Of a stretch of DNA of 64,000 nt, positions 29,647 through 39,714 are shown one piece after another (positions within the stretch are counted from its first letter, which is position 1; each line of letters opens with the position of its first letter). Made by a program: the position numbers and the translations under genes. The notes under the pieces are model-generated. The model saw only the letters and a list, made by a program, of their open reading frames with translations, ran no database searches and was not told where the DNA came from. Source of the DNA: Candidatus Latescibacterota bacterium (GTDB lineage Bacteria; Latescibacterota; UBA2968; UBA8231); the NCBI GenBank assembly GCA_965261395.1, contig OZ253462.1, positions 960,001 to 1,024,000 on the forward strand, given 5' to 3'.

Positions 29647-30960
29647 ATGACGCAGCTACACTATCCCAAGGTCGCCCTGCACGTGCCGACCTTGCTCCTA
29701 CCGCGAGCAGACATTCCCCTCGAAACTTGGTCAGTCATTGCCTGCGACCAGTACACCTCGCAGCCCGAATACTGGGAGGAAGTGCGGCGGATTGTCGGAG
29801 CCGACCCTTCGACACTACATCTGGTTTTTCCCGAAGCATATCTCGGGTTAGCTGACCGCAAACAGGCCATCGCCGGCATTAACCAGCGGATGCAGGCATA
29901 TCTCAAAAGCGGCGTACTAGTGGAGCAGCGACCCGGGTTTATGCTGGTGGAGCGCGAAGTGGGACGCGCTGCGCCGCGCAAGGGGCTGGTCGTCGCCTTG
30001 GACTTGGAGCAGTACGACTACCGAGACGGAGCGCAACAGCTAATCCGCACGACCGAGGGCACCGATCAGAGTCGGCTGCCGCCCAGAATCCAAGTGCGGG
30101 AGAAGGCGTCGCTAGAAACGCCGCATATCATGGTGCTGATCGACGACCCGCAGCAGACGGTGATTGAGCCGCTTGGCGAAAAAGACGTAGAGCTGACCTA
30201 CGATTTTGAGCTGATGTTAGGAGGCGGCAGACTTAGAGGCTGGCACATTGACGATGGGGCGTTGATCGACGAGATCGCCGGGCGCCTTGCCCGCCTCGCG
30301 TGCGGCGAGCCGTCGCTGATCTACGCGTTGGGCGATGGCAATCACTCCTTCGCCACAGCGCGCGCCGTCTGGGAGCGGCTCAAGGCGGAGGCAGAGGACG
30401 AGCGCCAGATAATGCATCACCCAGCGCGCTATGCCTTGGCCGAACTCGTCAATGTCCACGACGAGGGGTTGGAGTTTGCGCCAATCCATCGAGTGGTTTT
30501 TGGAGTAGATGCGGCCGATCTCTTGCGGTCAATGGAGACGCACTGCATAGAGTGGGGATTTAGTCGTCGGATCTTTACTGATCGGGATGGATGGGAGGCC
30601 GCCTGTCGCGAAGCGGCCGTCGGCCCGGGGCACCACATTCCCTATATAAGCGAGACAGAGCGCGGCCTGTTGAGTATCGCCAGACCCAACTTCCAGCTCG
30701 AAGTAGCGTCGTTGCAGGCCTTTTTGGACCGCTATCTCGACGCGCATCCCCGCGCCCGCCTCGACTATATCCACGGCGATGATGTGCTAGAGAAGCTGGC
30801 CGCGATGCCGGACAGCATCGGCTTCTTGCTGCCGGCGATGGACAAGCGCGATTTGTTCAAGACGATCATCATGGACGGGGCTACGCCGCGCAAGACGTTC
30901 TCGCTGGGCGAGGCTGAAGAGAAGCGCTACTACTTGGAATGTCGGCGGCTGGTGCCGTGA
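29647..30960 (+). CDS. DUF1015 family protein
   Basis: WSVIACDQYTS, IRTTEGT, RLPPRI, GDGNHSFATA, PRKTFSLGEAEEKRYYLECR. Confidence 0.85.
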   Translation: MTQLHYPKVALHVPTLLLPRADIPLETWSVIACDQYTSQPEYWEEVRRIVGADPSTLHLVFPEAYLGLADRKQAIAGINQRMQAYLKSGVLVEQRPGFMLVEREVGRAAPRKGLVVALDLEQYDYRDGAQQLIRTTEGTDQSRLPPRIQVREKASLETPHIMVLIDDPQQTVIEPLGEKDVELTYDFELMLGGGRLRGWHIDDGALIDEIAGRLARLACGEPSLIYALGDGNHSFATARAVWERLKAEAEDERQIMHHPARYALAELVNVHDEGLEFAPIHRVVFGVDAADLLRSMETHCIEWGFSRRIFTDRDGWEAACREAAVGPGHHIPYISETERGLLSIARPNFQLEVASLQAFLDRYLDAHPRARLDYIHGDDVLEKLAAMPDSIGFLLPAMDKRDLFKTIIMDGATPRKTFSLGEAEEKRYYLECRRLVP

Positions 30961-30970
30961 GCGTCTCGCC

Positions 30971-31825
30971 CTACTCGGAGTAATCGTATTTCCGATTGCG
31001 GCTGATATAGTCGATCGGCCCATCGACAAATTCAGCTACCGTCTCCAACGCACTATCTGCAAACAGTTCTTCTGTCCCCTTGGGAAACAACAGCGGCTTC
31101 CCCGTGTGCCACCAGCGCACCCAGTGGATCATGGCGATCATCGGGCGGGGCTGGTCGGTGAGGTTGGGCATGCCGCGATGCCAGAGGCGCATGTCGCGGA
31201 TCAGCACGCTGCCGGCGGGCACGTTCGGTTGCAGGGGTTTGCACTCGTCGCGGAGGCGTTCTTCGACTGCGGGTGGCAGCTTGATGTCGCCGTCGTTGAG
31301 GGCGCGGGTGGTGTCTAGGTGGGTGCCGGGCCACAGTTCGGTGCTGCCGTTTGCGGGTGTGGCATCGACGACGGGCACGTTGACGACCATGCCATAGGCC
31401 GGCGTCGCCACCTCGAGATTCGGCCAGAGCTGACCCGCGTCAACGTGGAGGGGCTGCTGAGTGGTGTTGGGCAGGCAGGTGTTGCCGCTGTAGAAGGCGT
31501 TTTTGACGCCCTCGCCGAGTACTGCGTGAGTTACTTCGACGACGAGGTCGTTGGCCAGCACGTCGCGAAAGAGGTAGGGCGGGAAGGGCGGTGGGTCCTG
31601 CTGCAGGTGGCCGTCGTTAAACTGGTAGGGGACGTCGGCGAGGTCGAGGATCTCTTCGACGTCGCCGAGCATGCGCTCGCGCAACATTTCGATATGCGCG
31701 GGATCAATGGCGCGATGGAGGACGACGAAGCCAGCGTCGTGCAGGGCGGCGACGGCTTGTTGCAGGTGCTCCGGTTTTAGCTTGCGCGCGCTGTGCTCGG
31801 CCGCGCTCAATTCCAATTCGACCAT
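30971..31825 (-). CDS. Phytanoyl-CoA dioxygenase (PhyH)-family protein, KanJ-like
   Basis: QPLHVD, NGSTELWPGTH, RDMRLWHRG, PRPM. Start re-called at ATG 31825 (MVELEL). Confidence 0.85.
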   Translation of the reverse strand: MVELELSAAEHSARKLKPEHLQQAVAALHDAGFVVLHRAIDPAHIEMLRERMLGDVEEILDLADVPYQFNDGHLQQDPPPFPPYLFRDVLANDLVVEVTHAVLGEGVKNAFYSGNTCLPNTTQQPLHVDAGQLWPNLEVATPAYGMVVNVPVVDATPANGSTELWPGTHLDTTRALNDGDIKLPPAVEERLRDECKPLQPNVPAGSVLIRDMRLWHRGMPNLTDQPRPMIAMIHWVRWWHTGKPLLFPKGTEELFADSALETVAEFVDGPIDYISRNRKYDYSE

Positions 31826-31830
31826 AGCGT

Positions 31831-32820
31831 TCAGGCGCAGGTGGGGTCTTCGAACGGCCAGCGGTTGAAGGAAGGCAAGTTTTCTCCGGTCAGTCTTTCG
31901 CGTGCGTCGTACCACGATTGAGCCCAAGCCTCTGGGTCGCGCAGTTCGCTTTGGGGATCTTTGCGGCTGCGGGCGACGAAGCCGGGAAAGAGCGGCCGGC
32001 CGGTGGGCTGGCCGGTGGGGCTGTAGCGGAGGTCGAAGCTGATCCGCACCTGCTCGCTGACGTTGGGCAGCGACGAATGGCAAGTCCGCCGGTGCATGAA
32101 GAGCACATCGCCGCGCTTCGTTTCGGCGGTGACGACGCGGTCGAGGGCTAGATCTTGGTCGCGGATAAAGTGGCCGACGCCCTTGAATAAGCAGTGGTGC
32201 AACAGTCCGTCGCGATGGCTGCCGGCGACGACTTCGATGCAGCCGTGTTCGCGGAAAGCGTTGGTCAGCGGCACCCACACGGTGAGCATGTCGGTCTCGT
32301 CGGCTTCGGGCAGGACCACGCCGTTATCTTGGTGCCAAGGCGTGGCTCCGACGGCGAAGCCAGCGATGCGGTCGTGGTGGTCTTTGGGTATGCCGGGCAG
32401 GTACTGCTCGGGTGGTTTGATGCGGATGTGCTGGACGGGGTTGGAGTAGATTTCCGGGCCAATGAGGTTCTCGATGATGTCGAGAAGCTTTTCGTTGCGC
32501 AGCATCGAGAAGGTGGCGGGGCTAACCGCGATGGGCGAGTCTGGGCAGATGCCGCCTTGGGGCAGCGAGATGTCGAAGTGCTGGGCGTGAACTTGGCCGG
32601 TTTCGTTGTAGATCTGGCAGAGGCGCTCATCAAAGCCGAGGTCGGCGTAGGTGGAGGCGATCTGACCCGCGGCAAAAAGCTCGTTGGCGAGCTCGTCGAG
32701 GATTTCGTCGTACTCGGCCAAAACGGGATCGATGTCGGTGGCGGGGTCGAGGAGGTCTTCGACGAGGACGAAGCCGTACTCGTGGTATTGGTCGAGTTGG
32801 GATGGGGTTAGCTGGGGCAT
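31831..32820 (-). CDS. PhyH-family dioxygenase
   Basis: TPWHQD, TVWVPL, GCIEVVAGSH, GDVLFMHRRTCH, RISFDLRY. Start at ATG 32820 or 32847. Confidence 0.85.
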   Translation of the reverse strand: MPQLTPSQLDQYHEYGFVLVEDLLDPATDIDPVLAEYDEILDELANELFAAGQIASTYADLGFDERLCQIYNETGQVHAQHFDISLPQGGICPDSPIAVSPATFSMLRNEKLLDIIENLIGPEIYSNPVQHIRIKPPEQYLPGIPKDHHDRIAGFAVGATPWHQDNGVVLPEADETDMLTVWVPLTNAFREHGCIEVVAGSHRDGLLHHCLFKGVGHFIRDQDLALDRVVTAETKRGDVLFMHRRTCHSSLPNVSEQVRISFDLRYSPTGQPTGRPLFPGFVARSRKDPQSELRDPEAWAQSWYDARERLTGENLPSFNRWPFEDPTCA

Positions 32821-33077
32821 AGATTGGATTCCTGTTTGATGCGTCATCGCGCCCTCGGCGTATTGGACGAAGGCGACATCGCGTGGTTGTGGATTGGTTC
32901 ACACTACGAGTACGATTAACTTCTCAAACGAATATGATGCAGGTGCCGTAACGGGTCAATCAATACAAATGTGTGGTTCGATAGAAAAAAAAGAAACATC
33001 TTCTAACACTGTACTCCTTGGGAGCCGTATGTCCCTTCCAAGCAAACCATTCCTTTACCTCCTGATAGGAGTCCGCC

Positions 33078-34301
33078 ATGAAACTCAACCGCGACGAATT
33101 TCTGGAAACCGGCTACCTCATCATCAAGGAAGCCGTGCCGCGCGACAAACTTGAAAGCGTCCGGCAGGCGTACGAGACGCTCGTCAACCGCCAGCGCGAG
33201 AACTGGAAGGCCGAGCGTGCGGCAAGTGATCCACCCGGGGGCGTCTGGGAGGCCTCGCCGCAGCCTCGCCTACAACTCTCAAGGCCGCCGCTCGTCGATC
33301 AGATCGACCGAGAGACCGCGCCGGCGGTCGAGATGTGGCTTGAAGAAAACATTCATGGGGTCAGCACAGAGCTTCTCAATATAGCGGACGGGGCCGTCAC
33401 AGAAATGATGATGATGTGCAATCCCGCCAGAGATCACGGCCCGGCAAGATGGCATCGCGATCTCCATCCGATCGACACCGCGCCACTTCAGGGCTATATC
33501 GACGACATCCTCGAAGGAGGCCCGCGCTACGTCCAATGGAACATCTCGCTTTACGACGACAGCGTCCTTTGGGTGGTGCCGGGTAGCCATCTGCGGCTGA
33601 ACACACCCGAAGAGAACGAGGTCATGTTGGCAGATCCCCGCTGCCCGCTGCCCAATGGCGTGCAGACCCATCTCGAAGCTGGTGACGGCGTCGTCTATAT
33701 CCTCCCGATCCTCCACTGGGGCAGCAATTACAGCCCCAAAATGCGGCGAACCGTGCACGGTGGTTTCTCGACCTATACTTCAATTGATGAACTCTCGTTT
33801 ACCGACCATCTCTCCCCAGACGCACAGGCGGCGTTCGCGCGCTGGAACGACCGCAGCGAGAAGATGAAGCAGCATGCGGAATCGGCGCTGCGGGCCGTGA
33901 TCGCGGGAGATGGTGCCGCGTATCTGAGTGCCTTGGACAGCCTCCATCCGGAGCGGGCCGAGAAGGGTAGGATTCTATCGACAGTCTTTCTCTGCAAGGC
34001 AGCACTGGCGATTCGGCTGCACAAGGATCCCCCGCTTAGTGGAATCGCCGAAGACCTCCGAGGTCGCGTTCTGGGGAAGCACCCCATCACGCTCAACTGG
34101 GGGCCGAAGTTCGCCGATCAATTCACCCCGGATGAGGCGCACTTGCTTTGGGATCGCTTCAGCCCGCTCGAAGCCTTGCTCCAAGCGGACGAGGAACACT
34201 TTGTGCCGGGGTTCCAGGCCATCCCAATGAAGCACTACTTCAACGAGATGCCCGCGGACTACAGCACGGCGGACTTCATCACCAGTTGGACGGCCACATG
34301 A
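33078..34301 (+). CDS. PhyH-family dioxygenase with C-terminal extension
   Basis: WHRD, WVVPGSH, GDGVVY, LHWGSNY, RRTVH; AGGAG upstream. Confidence 0.8.
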   Translation: MKLNRDEFLETGYLIIKEAVPRDKLESVRQAYETLVNRQRENWKAERAASDPPGGVWEASPQPRLQLSRPPLVDQIDRETAPAVEMWLEENIHGVSTELLNIADGAVTEMMMMCNPARDHGPARWHRDLHPIDTAPLQGYIDDILEGGPRYVQWNISLYDDSVLWVVPGSHLRLNTPEENEVMLADPRCPLPNGVQTHLEAGDGVVYILPILHWGSNYSPKMRRTVHGGFSTYTSIDELSFTDHLSPDAQAAFARWNDRSEKMKQHAESALRAVIAGDGAAYLSALDSLHPERAEKGRILSTVFLCKAALAIRLHKDPPLSGIAEDLRGRVLGKHPITLNWGPKFADQFTPDEAHLLWDRFSPLEALLQADEEHFVPGFQAIPMKHYFNEMPADYSTADFITSWTAT

Positions 34302-34357
34302 TCCGACCGTAGTTCCGCCGATAGAGACCAGCAACTTCAACCGGGAGATAAACAAAA

Positions 34358-35377
34358 ATGAGCCAACTCAGCATCGGCGTCGCCGGACTTGGTCACGGCA
34401 GAACGCTGCTTGGTGCCAACCAGCCGGAAAACAGCGCTTTGCCGGTCCGCGTCACCGCTCTGTGCGACAAGCAGCAGGACAAGCTCGAAGCGCTTGGCCG
34501 CGAATTTGGAATCGACGCCCTTACCTCTGATTTCGACGAACTAGTCGCGCGAAGCGACCTCGACATCATCGGCATTTACACGCCCGGACCGCTCCACGCG
34601 CAGCAGATCCTGACCGCGCTCGACGCGGGCAAGCACGTGATGGTCACCAAGTCGATGGTGTACACGATGGAAGAAGTGGAGCAGGTTGTGGAAGCTGTTG
34701 ACCGATCCGGCAAGGTGCTACTCGTCACGCAGAGTCTGCGCGGGAGGTATGACTTCATCGAAGCGAAGCGCGCCTGCGATGCCGGAGAAATCGGCGAACT
34801 CTTCATGGCCGAAGCCCACTACGTTCACGATCTCCGCCCGGTCTATACCTACTCCCCTTGGCGGGTTGAGATGCCGCAAGATCTGATCTTGGGCGGTGCC
34901 TGCCACCCGATTGATCTTTTGCGCTGGTTCATGGGCGACATCGACGAAGTCCACTGTTACGGGCTGCGCAGCGGCGTCGCACCGGACTATCCCCAGGAGG
35001 ACAACTTCGTCATCAACGCGAAGTTCACATCCGGCAAGATCGGACGTATTGCGAACTTCCTTGGAATCGTACACCCGCACGATGTCCCGACGAACAGTCT
35101 GACCGTTTACGGTACCCGTGGCACAATTCTCAATGGCATAAAAAGCCTCGATCCAACCGGCGACCTGCCCTCGCGCAAGGTCACCGCCGAGTTTTCATCC
35201 ATGCGGGGCCACGCCAGCGAGATGATCGTCATGCTGCGGCACATGGCAGATTGTGTCCTCAACGGCACGAAGCCCTGGGTCGGCGTTCGAGAAGGGGCCA
35301 AGGTCGTCGCCACAGGACTTGCGTGTTGGGCCTCCGTTAGATCGGGGATGCCGGAGAAAGTGCGGAATGCTTTCTGA
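34358..35377 (+). CDS. Gfo/Idh/MocA-family oxidoreductase
   Basis: GVAGLGHG, HAQQILTALDAGKHVMVTKS, GACHPID. Confidence 0.85.
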   Translation: MSQLSIGVAGLGHGRTLLGANQPENSALPVRVTALCDKQQDKLEALGREFGIDALTSDFDELVARSDLDIIGIYTPGPLHAQQILTALDAGKHVMVTKSMVYTMEEVEQVVEAVDRSGKVLLVTQSLRGRYDFIEAKRACDAGEIGELFMAEAHYVHDLRPVYTYSPWRVEMPQDLILGGACHPIDLLRWFMGDIDEVHCYGLRSGVAPDYPQEDNFVINAKFTSGKIGRIANFLGIVHPHDVPTNSLTVYGTRGTILNGIKSLDPTGDLPSRKVTAEFSSMRGHASEMIVMLRHMADCVLNGTKPWVGVREGAKVVATGLACWASVRSGMPEKVRNAF

Positions 35378-35421
35378 AAGGTTGAGGTTTTCACGCTCAC
35401 GACTGTAGATGGGAGGCTTGC

Positions 35422-35561
35422 ATGCCCGTTTGTATTCCCCAAGACGCCAAGCGCATCATGCCGGATCTGTTGCGCGATGTATCCCACTGACCGAAGAACA
35501 TCTCGACCTGTTGCAGCGCATTGCCACAGAGATCAATGTCTCCGTTCCTTGGGAGTCATAA
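35422..35561 (+). pseudogene. Collapsed gene remnant: N-terminus and C-terminus only, possibly Ldh_2/YbiC-type oxidoreductase
   Basis: GGGAGG then ATG gives MPVCIPQDAKRIMPDLLRD. A shifted frame gives IPLTEEHLDLLQRIATEINVSVPWES*, which resembles Ldh_2 C-termini. Confidence 0.4.
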
Positions 35562-35595
35562 ACGGACAATAACACGGCGATACGGGGGAAAGTGG

Positions 35596-36031
35596 TTAAA
35601 GGCCGTACCACTCTCTCGGGGCCGTAGGATGGAAGTCATAGCGATCGACGCCGAGCGCCTGAAGAACGCCGCGCTCGACGAGAGAAAAGTCGGCAGGATC
35701 CTCGCGGTTGAAGTTTAGGGGTTCTTTGAGGGCGACGGGGGGATTGGTCATGAAGCGGGGGCGACCCGATGGATTGGGGGAGGAGGCGTGGAGGGTAAGC
35801 GGAAGTTGATGATGAAAGCGTCGGACCAGTGGAAGGATTCGACCGAAGAGGAGTGTGGTCTAAGTAGCGGATCGGCTCGGTCCAGGTGGTGGGATCGTCG
35901 GGGTCGTAGCCGAGGCGCTCATAGGCGTGGTCCATGAGCGGCTGGGCCAAGTCATGGGTGAAGCAGCCGGGGATGGTGACGTAGCCCTTGGCGAGGAAAT
36001 GGTCGGCTTCGGCGGGAGTGAGGGTTTGCAT
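35596..36031 (-). pseudogene. Internally deleted and frameshifted PhyH-like dioxygenase
   Basis: Three protein-like fragments in different frames: MQTLTPAEADHFLAKGYV...RYLDH, FHWSDAFIINFRL, and LHASSPNPSGRPRFMTNPP...REWYGL*. The central HxD region is missing. Confidence 0.7.
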
Positions 36032-36064
36032 GGCCAACGGCGGGAATCTCCAGCGCGGACCGAT

Positions 36065-36730
36065 CTACCCTTCAAAAGCGAGTACGCGCAGTGGGATAGC
36101 GTCGGTTTCGGCGGCCGGCAGCGGCTGGGCGAAAAGGTAAACGCGAGGTTGTCTCAGGTCGCCTAAGCGGTCCAGGCTCTCGATTAGGGGAATGCCGTGC
36201 GCGAAGAGTAGGTGGTGGTTGGGCAGGCTGCGGTCGCCCGGAATATCTAAGCCGGGCGTGTCGATGCCGACCAGTTTGACGCCTGCTTCGACGAGCCAGC
36301 GCAAGGCTGCGGTCGTGGGGTAAGGCGGATAGGAACCAGTGGTAGCCCGTTGATCCCAATCAAAGCGAAAGAGTGCAATGTCCCCCGGGCGGATACCTCC
36401 ACCTGGGTCGGCGACCCGTTGGAATTGCTCCGGCGAAAGCGGCTCGCCCAGCGGAGCATCGCTAAAGTCGAAGACGATCGCCTCGCCAAAAAAGCGCTCC
36501 ACATCGAGGTCGGCGATGGCCGGGCCGTCTTGGACGGCGTGCAAAGGCCCTTCGACATGGGTGCCGGTGTGGCCGCCCATTTCGATGCTGGTGGTGATAT
36601 ACCAGCGATCGGTCGGTGGATCATCGACGGGTACGCGTGCCGTGCGGTAGTGGATGAGGCGACCCTCCGACGGACTGATGGTCCGCGAGAGGTCCACCAT
36701 GCGGCTGTAGGCGAAGGAGGGAACCTTCAC
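36065..36730 (-). CDS. Cyclase / kynurenine formamidase family protein
   Basis: DLSRTI, HTGTHVEGPLH, VGIDT, HHLLF, IESL, P-x-R. Confidence 0.85.
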   Translation of the reverse strand: MKVPSFAYSRMVDLSRTISPSEGRLIHYRTARVPVDDPPTDRWYITTSIEMGGHTGTHVEGPLHAVQDGPAIADLDVERFFGEAIVFDFSDAPLGEPLSPEQFQRVADPGGGIRPGDIALFRFDWDQRATTGSYPPYPTTAALRWLVEAGVKLVGIDTPGLDIPGDRSLPNHHLLFAHGIPLIESLDRLGDLRQPRVYLFAQPLPAAETDAIPLRVLAFEG

Positions 36731-37509
36731 GCGATAGCTTTCTTGAGGGCGATCGCGGTCTCGCCGTCGTCGGCATAGGCCGGCAGGGCGCCGCTCAGCG
36801 TTACGCGCCCATCGTAGCCGGATGTGCGCAATGCGTGTAGAAAGAGCGCGTGGTCGGCTGGCGTGGTTTGCGGTCGCCCGCGCCCCGGCTCGGCAATGTG
36901 GGCGTGGATCAGGTGCGGCCCGGCTTCTTCGAGCGCGTCGAAGGACTCGCCGTTGAGCTTCATGTGAAAGAAGTCGGCCATCAGCTTGGCATGCGAGCGG
37001 TCAACTTCCTTTATGAACTCGGTCGCTTCGGAGACGGTATTGAGCAGGTTGGCGTCGTCGCGGTTATAGGGCTCAAGCGCGACCTTGACGCCCCTCGGTT
37101 CGCCGAGGTCGGCGCACAGGTGCAAGAAGTCGGCGACCTGTTGGCGAGCTTTGTTGCGGTCGAAACCCTCGGGCACCCAACGCGAGCCACCGCTCCCGTA
37201 GCCGATGACCTCGACTCCAGCCCGTTGCATAAGGTCGAAGACCCGCGTGACAAAAGTACGCAGCCGATCCAAGCTCACGTCGGGGCCGACGACCATCAGC
37301 CCGCGCCCCTGCGGGTCGCCAATAAAGCCGCACATCGTCTTCATCTGTAGTGGGTGTTTTTCTAAAAGCGCTGAGTACTCGCGCTCGGCCGCTTGTGGAT
37401 CGTCGGCATCGATACCGAGCAGACCGGGGGAGCCTTCGAGATAGTCGAAATCCCAGTCGGCGGACTCTTCAAGCTCTTGACGATTGGTAACTAAGAGGCC
37501 GATCTGCAT
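36727..37509 (-). CDS. Sugar-phosphate isomerase / ketose 3-epimerase-like TIM barrel
   Basis: GSGGSR, LEPYN, DFFHM, HAHIAE, GYDG. Start re-called at ATG 37509. Confidence 0.8.
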   Translation of the reverse strand: MQIGLLVTNRQELEESADWDFDYLEGSPGLLGIDADDPQAAEREYSALLEKHPLQMKTMCGFIGDPQGRGLMVVGPDVSLDRLRTFVTRVFDLMQRAGVEVIGYGSGGSRWVPEGFDRNKARQQVADFLHLCADLGEPRGVKVALEPYNRDDANLLNTVSEATEFIKEVDRSHAKLMADFFHMKLNGESFDALEEAGPHLIHAHIAEPGRGRPQTTPADHALFLHALRTSGYDGRVTLSGALPAYADDGETAIALKKAIA

Positions 37510-37511
37510 GG

Positions 37512-38597
37512 CTATTTGTCCCTGACCCAGCTCATGCCCTCGCCGCGCACCAGAAAGGAGCGCTCGTCCCAATGGCCGGGTCGGGTGACGGGGATACGGC
37601 CCTCCTCGACGGCGACGTCGAGCGGGTTCGCGCGGGTTTGCAGCGGCAGGGCCACGCGCTCGTGCAGCCTAGCCGACTCATAGACGCCCATCATGATCTC
37701 GGTGGCGGCTTTGCCGTGCTCGGCCTTGCCATAGTAGTCCTCAAAATCGCCCTCGATCCAGCGGCAGATCCCGTAGGCCTGATCGACGAAGGCGTTGCCG
37801 TAGCCGCTGGCTTTGTCGGTAGGCGCGAAGTCCTGCCAGCCGCCGGAGCTGGTCGTCATGTAGCGCAGGCTGTTGTCGCTGACGACCATCATGCCGTCTT
37901 CGCCGTAGATGGTAGCACCCACCTGATAAATATCGTTCATCTCGTTTTCGATCACGCCTTCGACCCCGTTGGGATAGCCGATGATCCCGACGCAGCGATC
38001 TTCGACCCGGTGGCCGAAGACAAAGTGATCGGTGTGGCGCTCGACCGAGCCCATGACCCACTCGGCCTGCGGGTCGCCGAGGGCGTAGAGCTGGAAGTCG
38101 ATGCAGTGGGTGCCGGTGTTCATCATCCCGGCCTTAACCGCCGACCACAGCCGCTGCGGCTTGCCGATGGCTCCATCGGCAAGCCGCAGCGCCTCGCGCC
38201 AACAAAAGTAAAAGCGGCGCTGGTGGCCGATAGCCAGTTTGACGTTGTTGCGCTGAGCAGCAATGACCATGGCCTCGGCCTCGCCCAAGGAGACGGCCAT
38301 GGGCTTTTCGCAGAGCACGGCTTTGGGTCGGCGGGCGCAGGCGGCAATGGACATTTCCGCGTGTTGGGGGTCCCAAGAGCAGACGCTGACGATGTCGAGG
38401 TTTTCCACGTCGAGCATCTCTCGGTAGTCGAGATACTGCTTTTCGACGTTGAAGTCCGCGGCGTAGCTAGCCAAGGCTTCGGGATGCGCGTCGGCGATGG
38501 CGGCTATTTCAGTGTGTTCGCACTCGGCCCAGCCGCGGCCGTGCTCGCGGGCAATGCGGCCGGAGGCAATGACGCCAACGCGATATTTGGCAGGCAT
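37512..38597 (-). CDS. Gfo/Idh/MocA-family oxidoreductase (paralog of 13570-14742)
   Basis: CEKPMA, GHQRRF, GTHCID; shared C-terminal motif VRGExMSW. Confidence 0.88.
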   Translation of the reverse strand: MPAKYRVGVIASGRIAREHGRGWAECEHTEIAAIADAHPEALASYAADFNVEKQYLDYREMLDVENLDIVSVCSWDPQHAEMSIAACARRPKAVLCEKPMAVSLGEAEAMVIAAQRNNVKLAIGHQRRFYFCWREALRLADGAIGKPQRLWSAVKAGMMNTGTHCIDFQLYALGDPQAEWVMGSVERHTDHFVFGHRVEDRCVGIIGYPNGVEGVIENEMNDIYQVGATIYGEDGMMVVSDNSLRYMTTSSGGWQDFAPTDKASGYGNAFVDQAYGICRWIEGDFEDYYGKAEHGKAATEIMMGVYESARLHERVALPLQTRANPLDVAVEEGRIPVTRPGHWDERSFLVRGEGMSWVRDK

Positions 38598-38659
38598 AGA
38601 GTCCTTTCGGCTTGAATGCGAAGTCGCCTTCCGTCCGGTTCGTTTCTATGGCCAACTTC

Positions 38660-38684
38660 GGGCAACCACAGGGGTTGCCCCTAC
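38660..38684 (-). repeat. GTAG-type REP palindrome
   Basis: Minus strand reads GTAGGGGCAACCCCTGTGGTTGCCC; its TAG is the stop of the SPFH gene. Confidence 0.7.
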
Positions 38685-39595
38685 TTGACGTCGCCTAGGT
38701 GCATCAGCGGCAGCGGTGACGGGCTATCGCCGTTGAGGAAGTAAATCTTGGCGGCCGGGTCTTTGGAGATGGCTTGCAGGGCTTCGAGTGCCTGGAGCTT
38801 GACGTAGTTGGGATTTTTGCCGATGGCCTCGTTGATCGTGGTGATCTCGTAGGCCCGGGCGTCAGCGAGCAGGCGACGCTTCTCGGCTTCGGCTGAGGCG
38901 GCGTCCTTTTCGGCTATGGCTAGGGCGATTTTTTGCTGCTGCTCGGTGTCGTAGCGCTCGAGCTCGGCCTTTTGTTTTTCGACCTCCTGCTCGCGCTCCT
39001 TCTTGGACTCAATGGCCTTAGTGATAAAGGGCGGCAATGTGATATCGCGGATCAGCACGGCCTCTACCGCGACCCCCTTGGTACCCAGATAGTCCTTCAA
39101 CCCTTCGAGTAGCGCTATCTGCAGGGTGTTCTGGGTCTCTTCGAGGAAGAAGTCCTCGGCGCGCTTGATGGTCTTGCCCTGTTCGCGGATCTGCGAGCGC
39201 AGCTTAGGCACGATGTGTACGGCGAGCACATCGTTGATAGAGCCGGTCTCTTTTAAGATACTTGGCGTTTGGTGGCCGACGATGCGATACTGGACGCTGA
39301 CGTCGATTCTGGTCTGTAGCTGGTCCTGGCTGGGGACGTTGGAGGTTTCGGAGTGGGTCTTCTGGCGCACGTCGTATAAGTACCATTGGTAGAGCGGGTT
39401 GACCGGGATTCTCAAGCCCTCGCTAAAGTGTTTGGGCTGGACTTCGCCGAAGAGGGTGGCGACGCCCACGTGGCCGGCCGGGATGCTTTGGTAGAAGCGC
39501 GGGGTGATGAGGAAGACGAGGAAGACGCCGACGATGATGGCGATGATGGACTTAGGGAGCTGGATCATGGGGGGCCTCCTTACGGGCTGGGACAT
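38681..39595 (-). CDS. SPFH/band-7/prohibitin family membrane protein
   Basis: N-terminal TM helix; IPAGHVGVATLFG, EGL, VLIRDITLP, AIESK, coiled coil. Confidence 0.9.
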   Translation of the reverse strand: MSQPVRRPPMIQLPKSIIAIIVGVFLVFLITPRFYQSIPAGHVGVATLFGEVQPKHFSEGLRIPVNPLYQWYLYDVRQKTHSETSNVPSQDQLQTRIDVSVQYRIVGHQTPSILKETGSINDVLAVHIVPKLRSQIREQGKTIKRAEDFFLEETQNTLQIALLEGLKDYLGTKGVAVEAVLIRDITLPPFITKAIESKKEREQEVEKQKAELERYDTEQQQKIALAIAEKDAASAEAEKRRLLADARAYEITTINEAIGKNPNYVKLQALEALQAISKDPAAKIYFLNGDSPSPLPLMHLGDVK

Positions 39596-39714
39596 TTCTT
39601 CCTACCTTTAATCGGGTGGGGGGGAGATCAGTAGCCTAGAAGGTAAATCCTTCACCTATAAATGTCCATTAAAACACCCAAGACTATATACTCGGCTGCA
39701 AACGGGCGGACCTC

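Noticed and set aside
31826-32278. 150-aa N-terminal extension of the 30971 PhyH ORF, suggesting a fusion or overlap
   Set aside because: Low-complexity off-frame read of the upstream PhyH gene; ATG 31825 just after that gene's stop is the better start.
37572-38615. 347-aa plus-strand ORF
   Set aside because: Antisense shadow of the Gfo/Idh/MocA gene, typical of high-GC DNA; no motifs.
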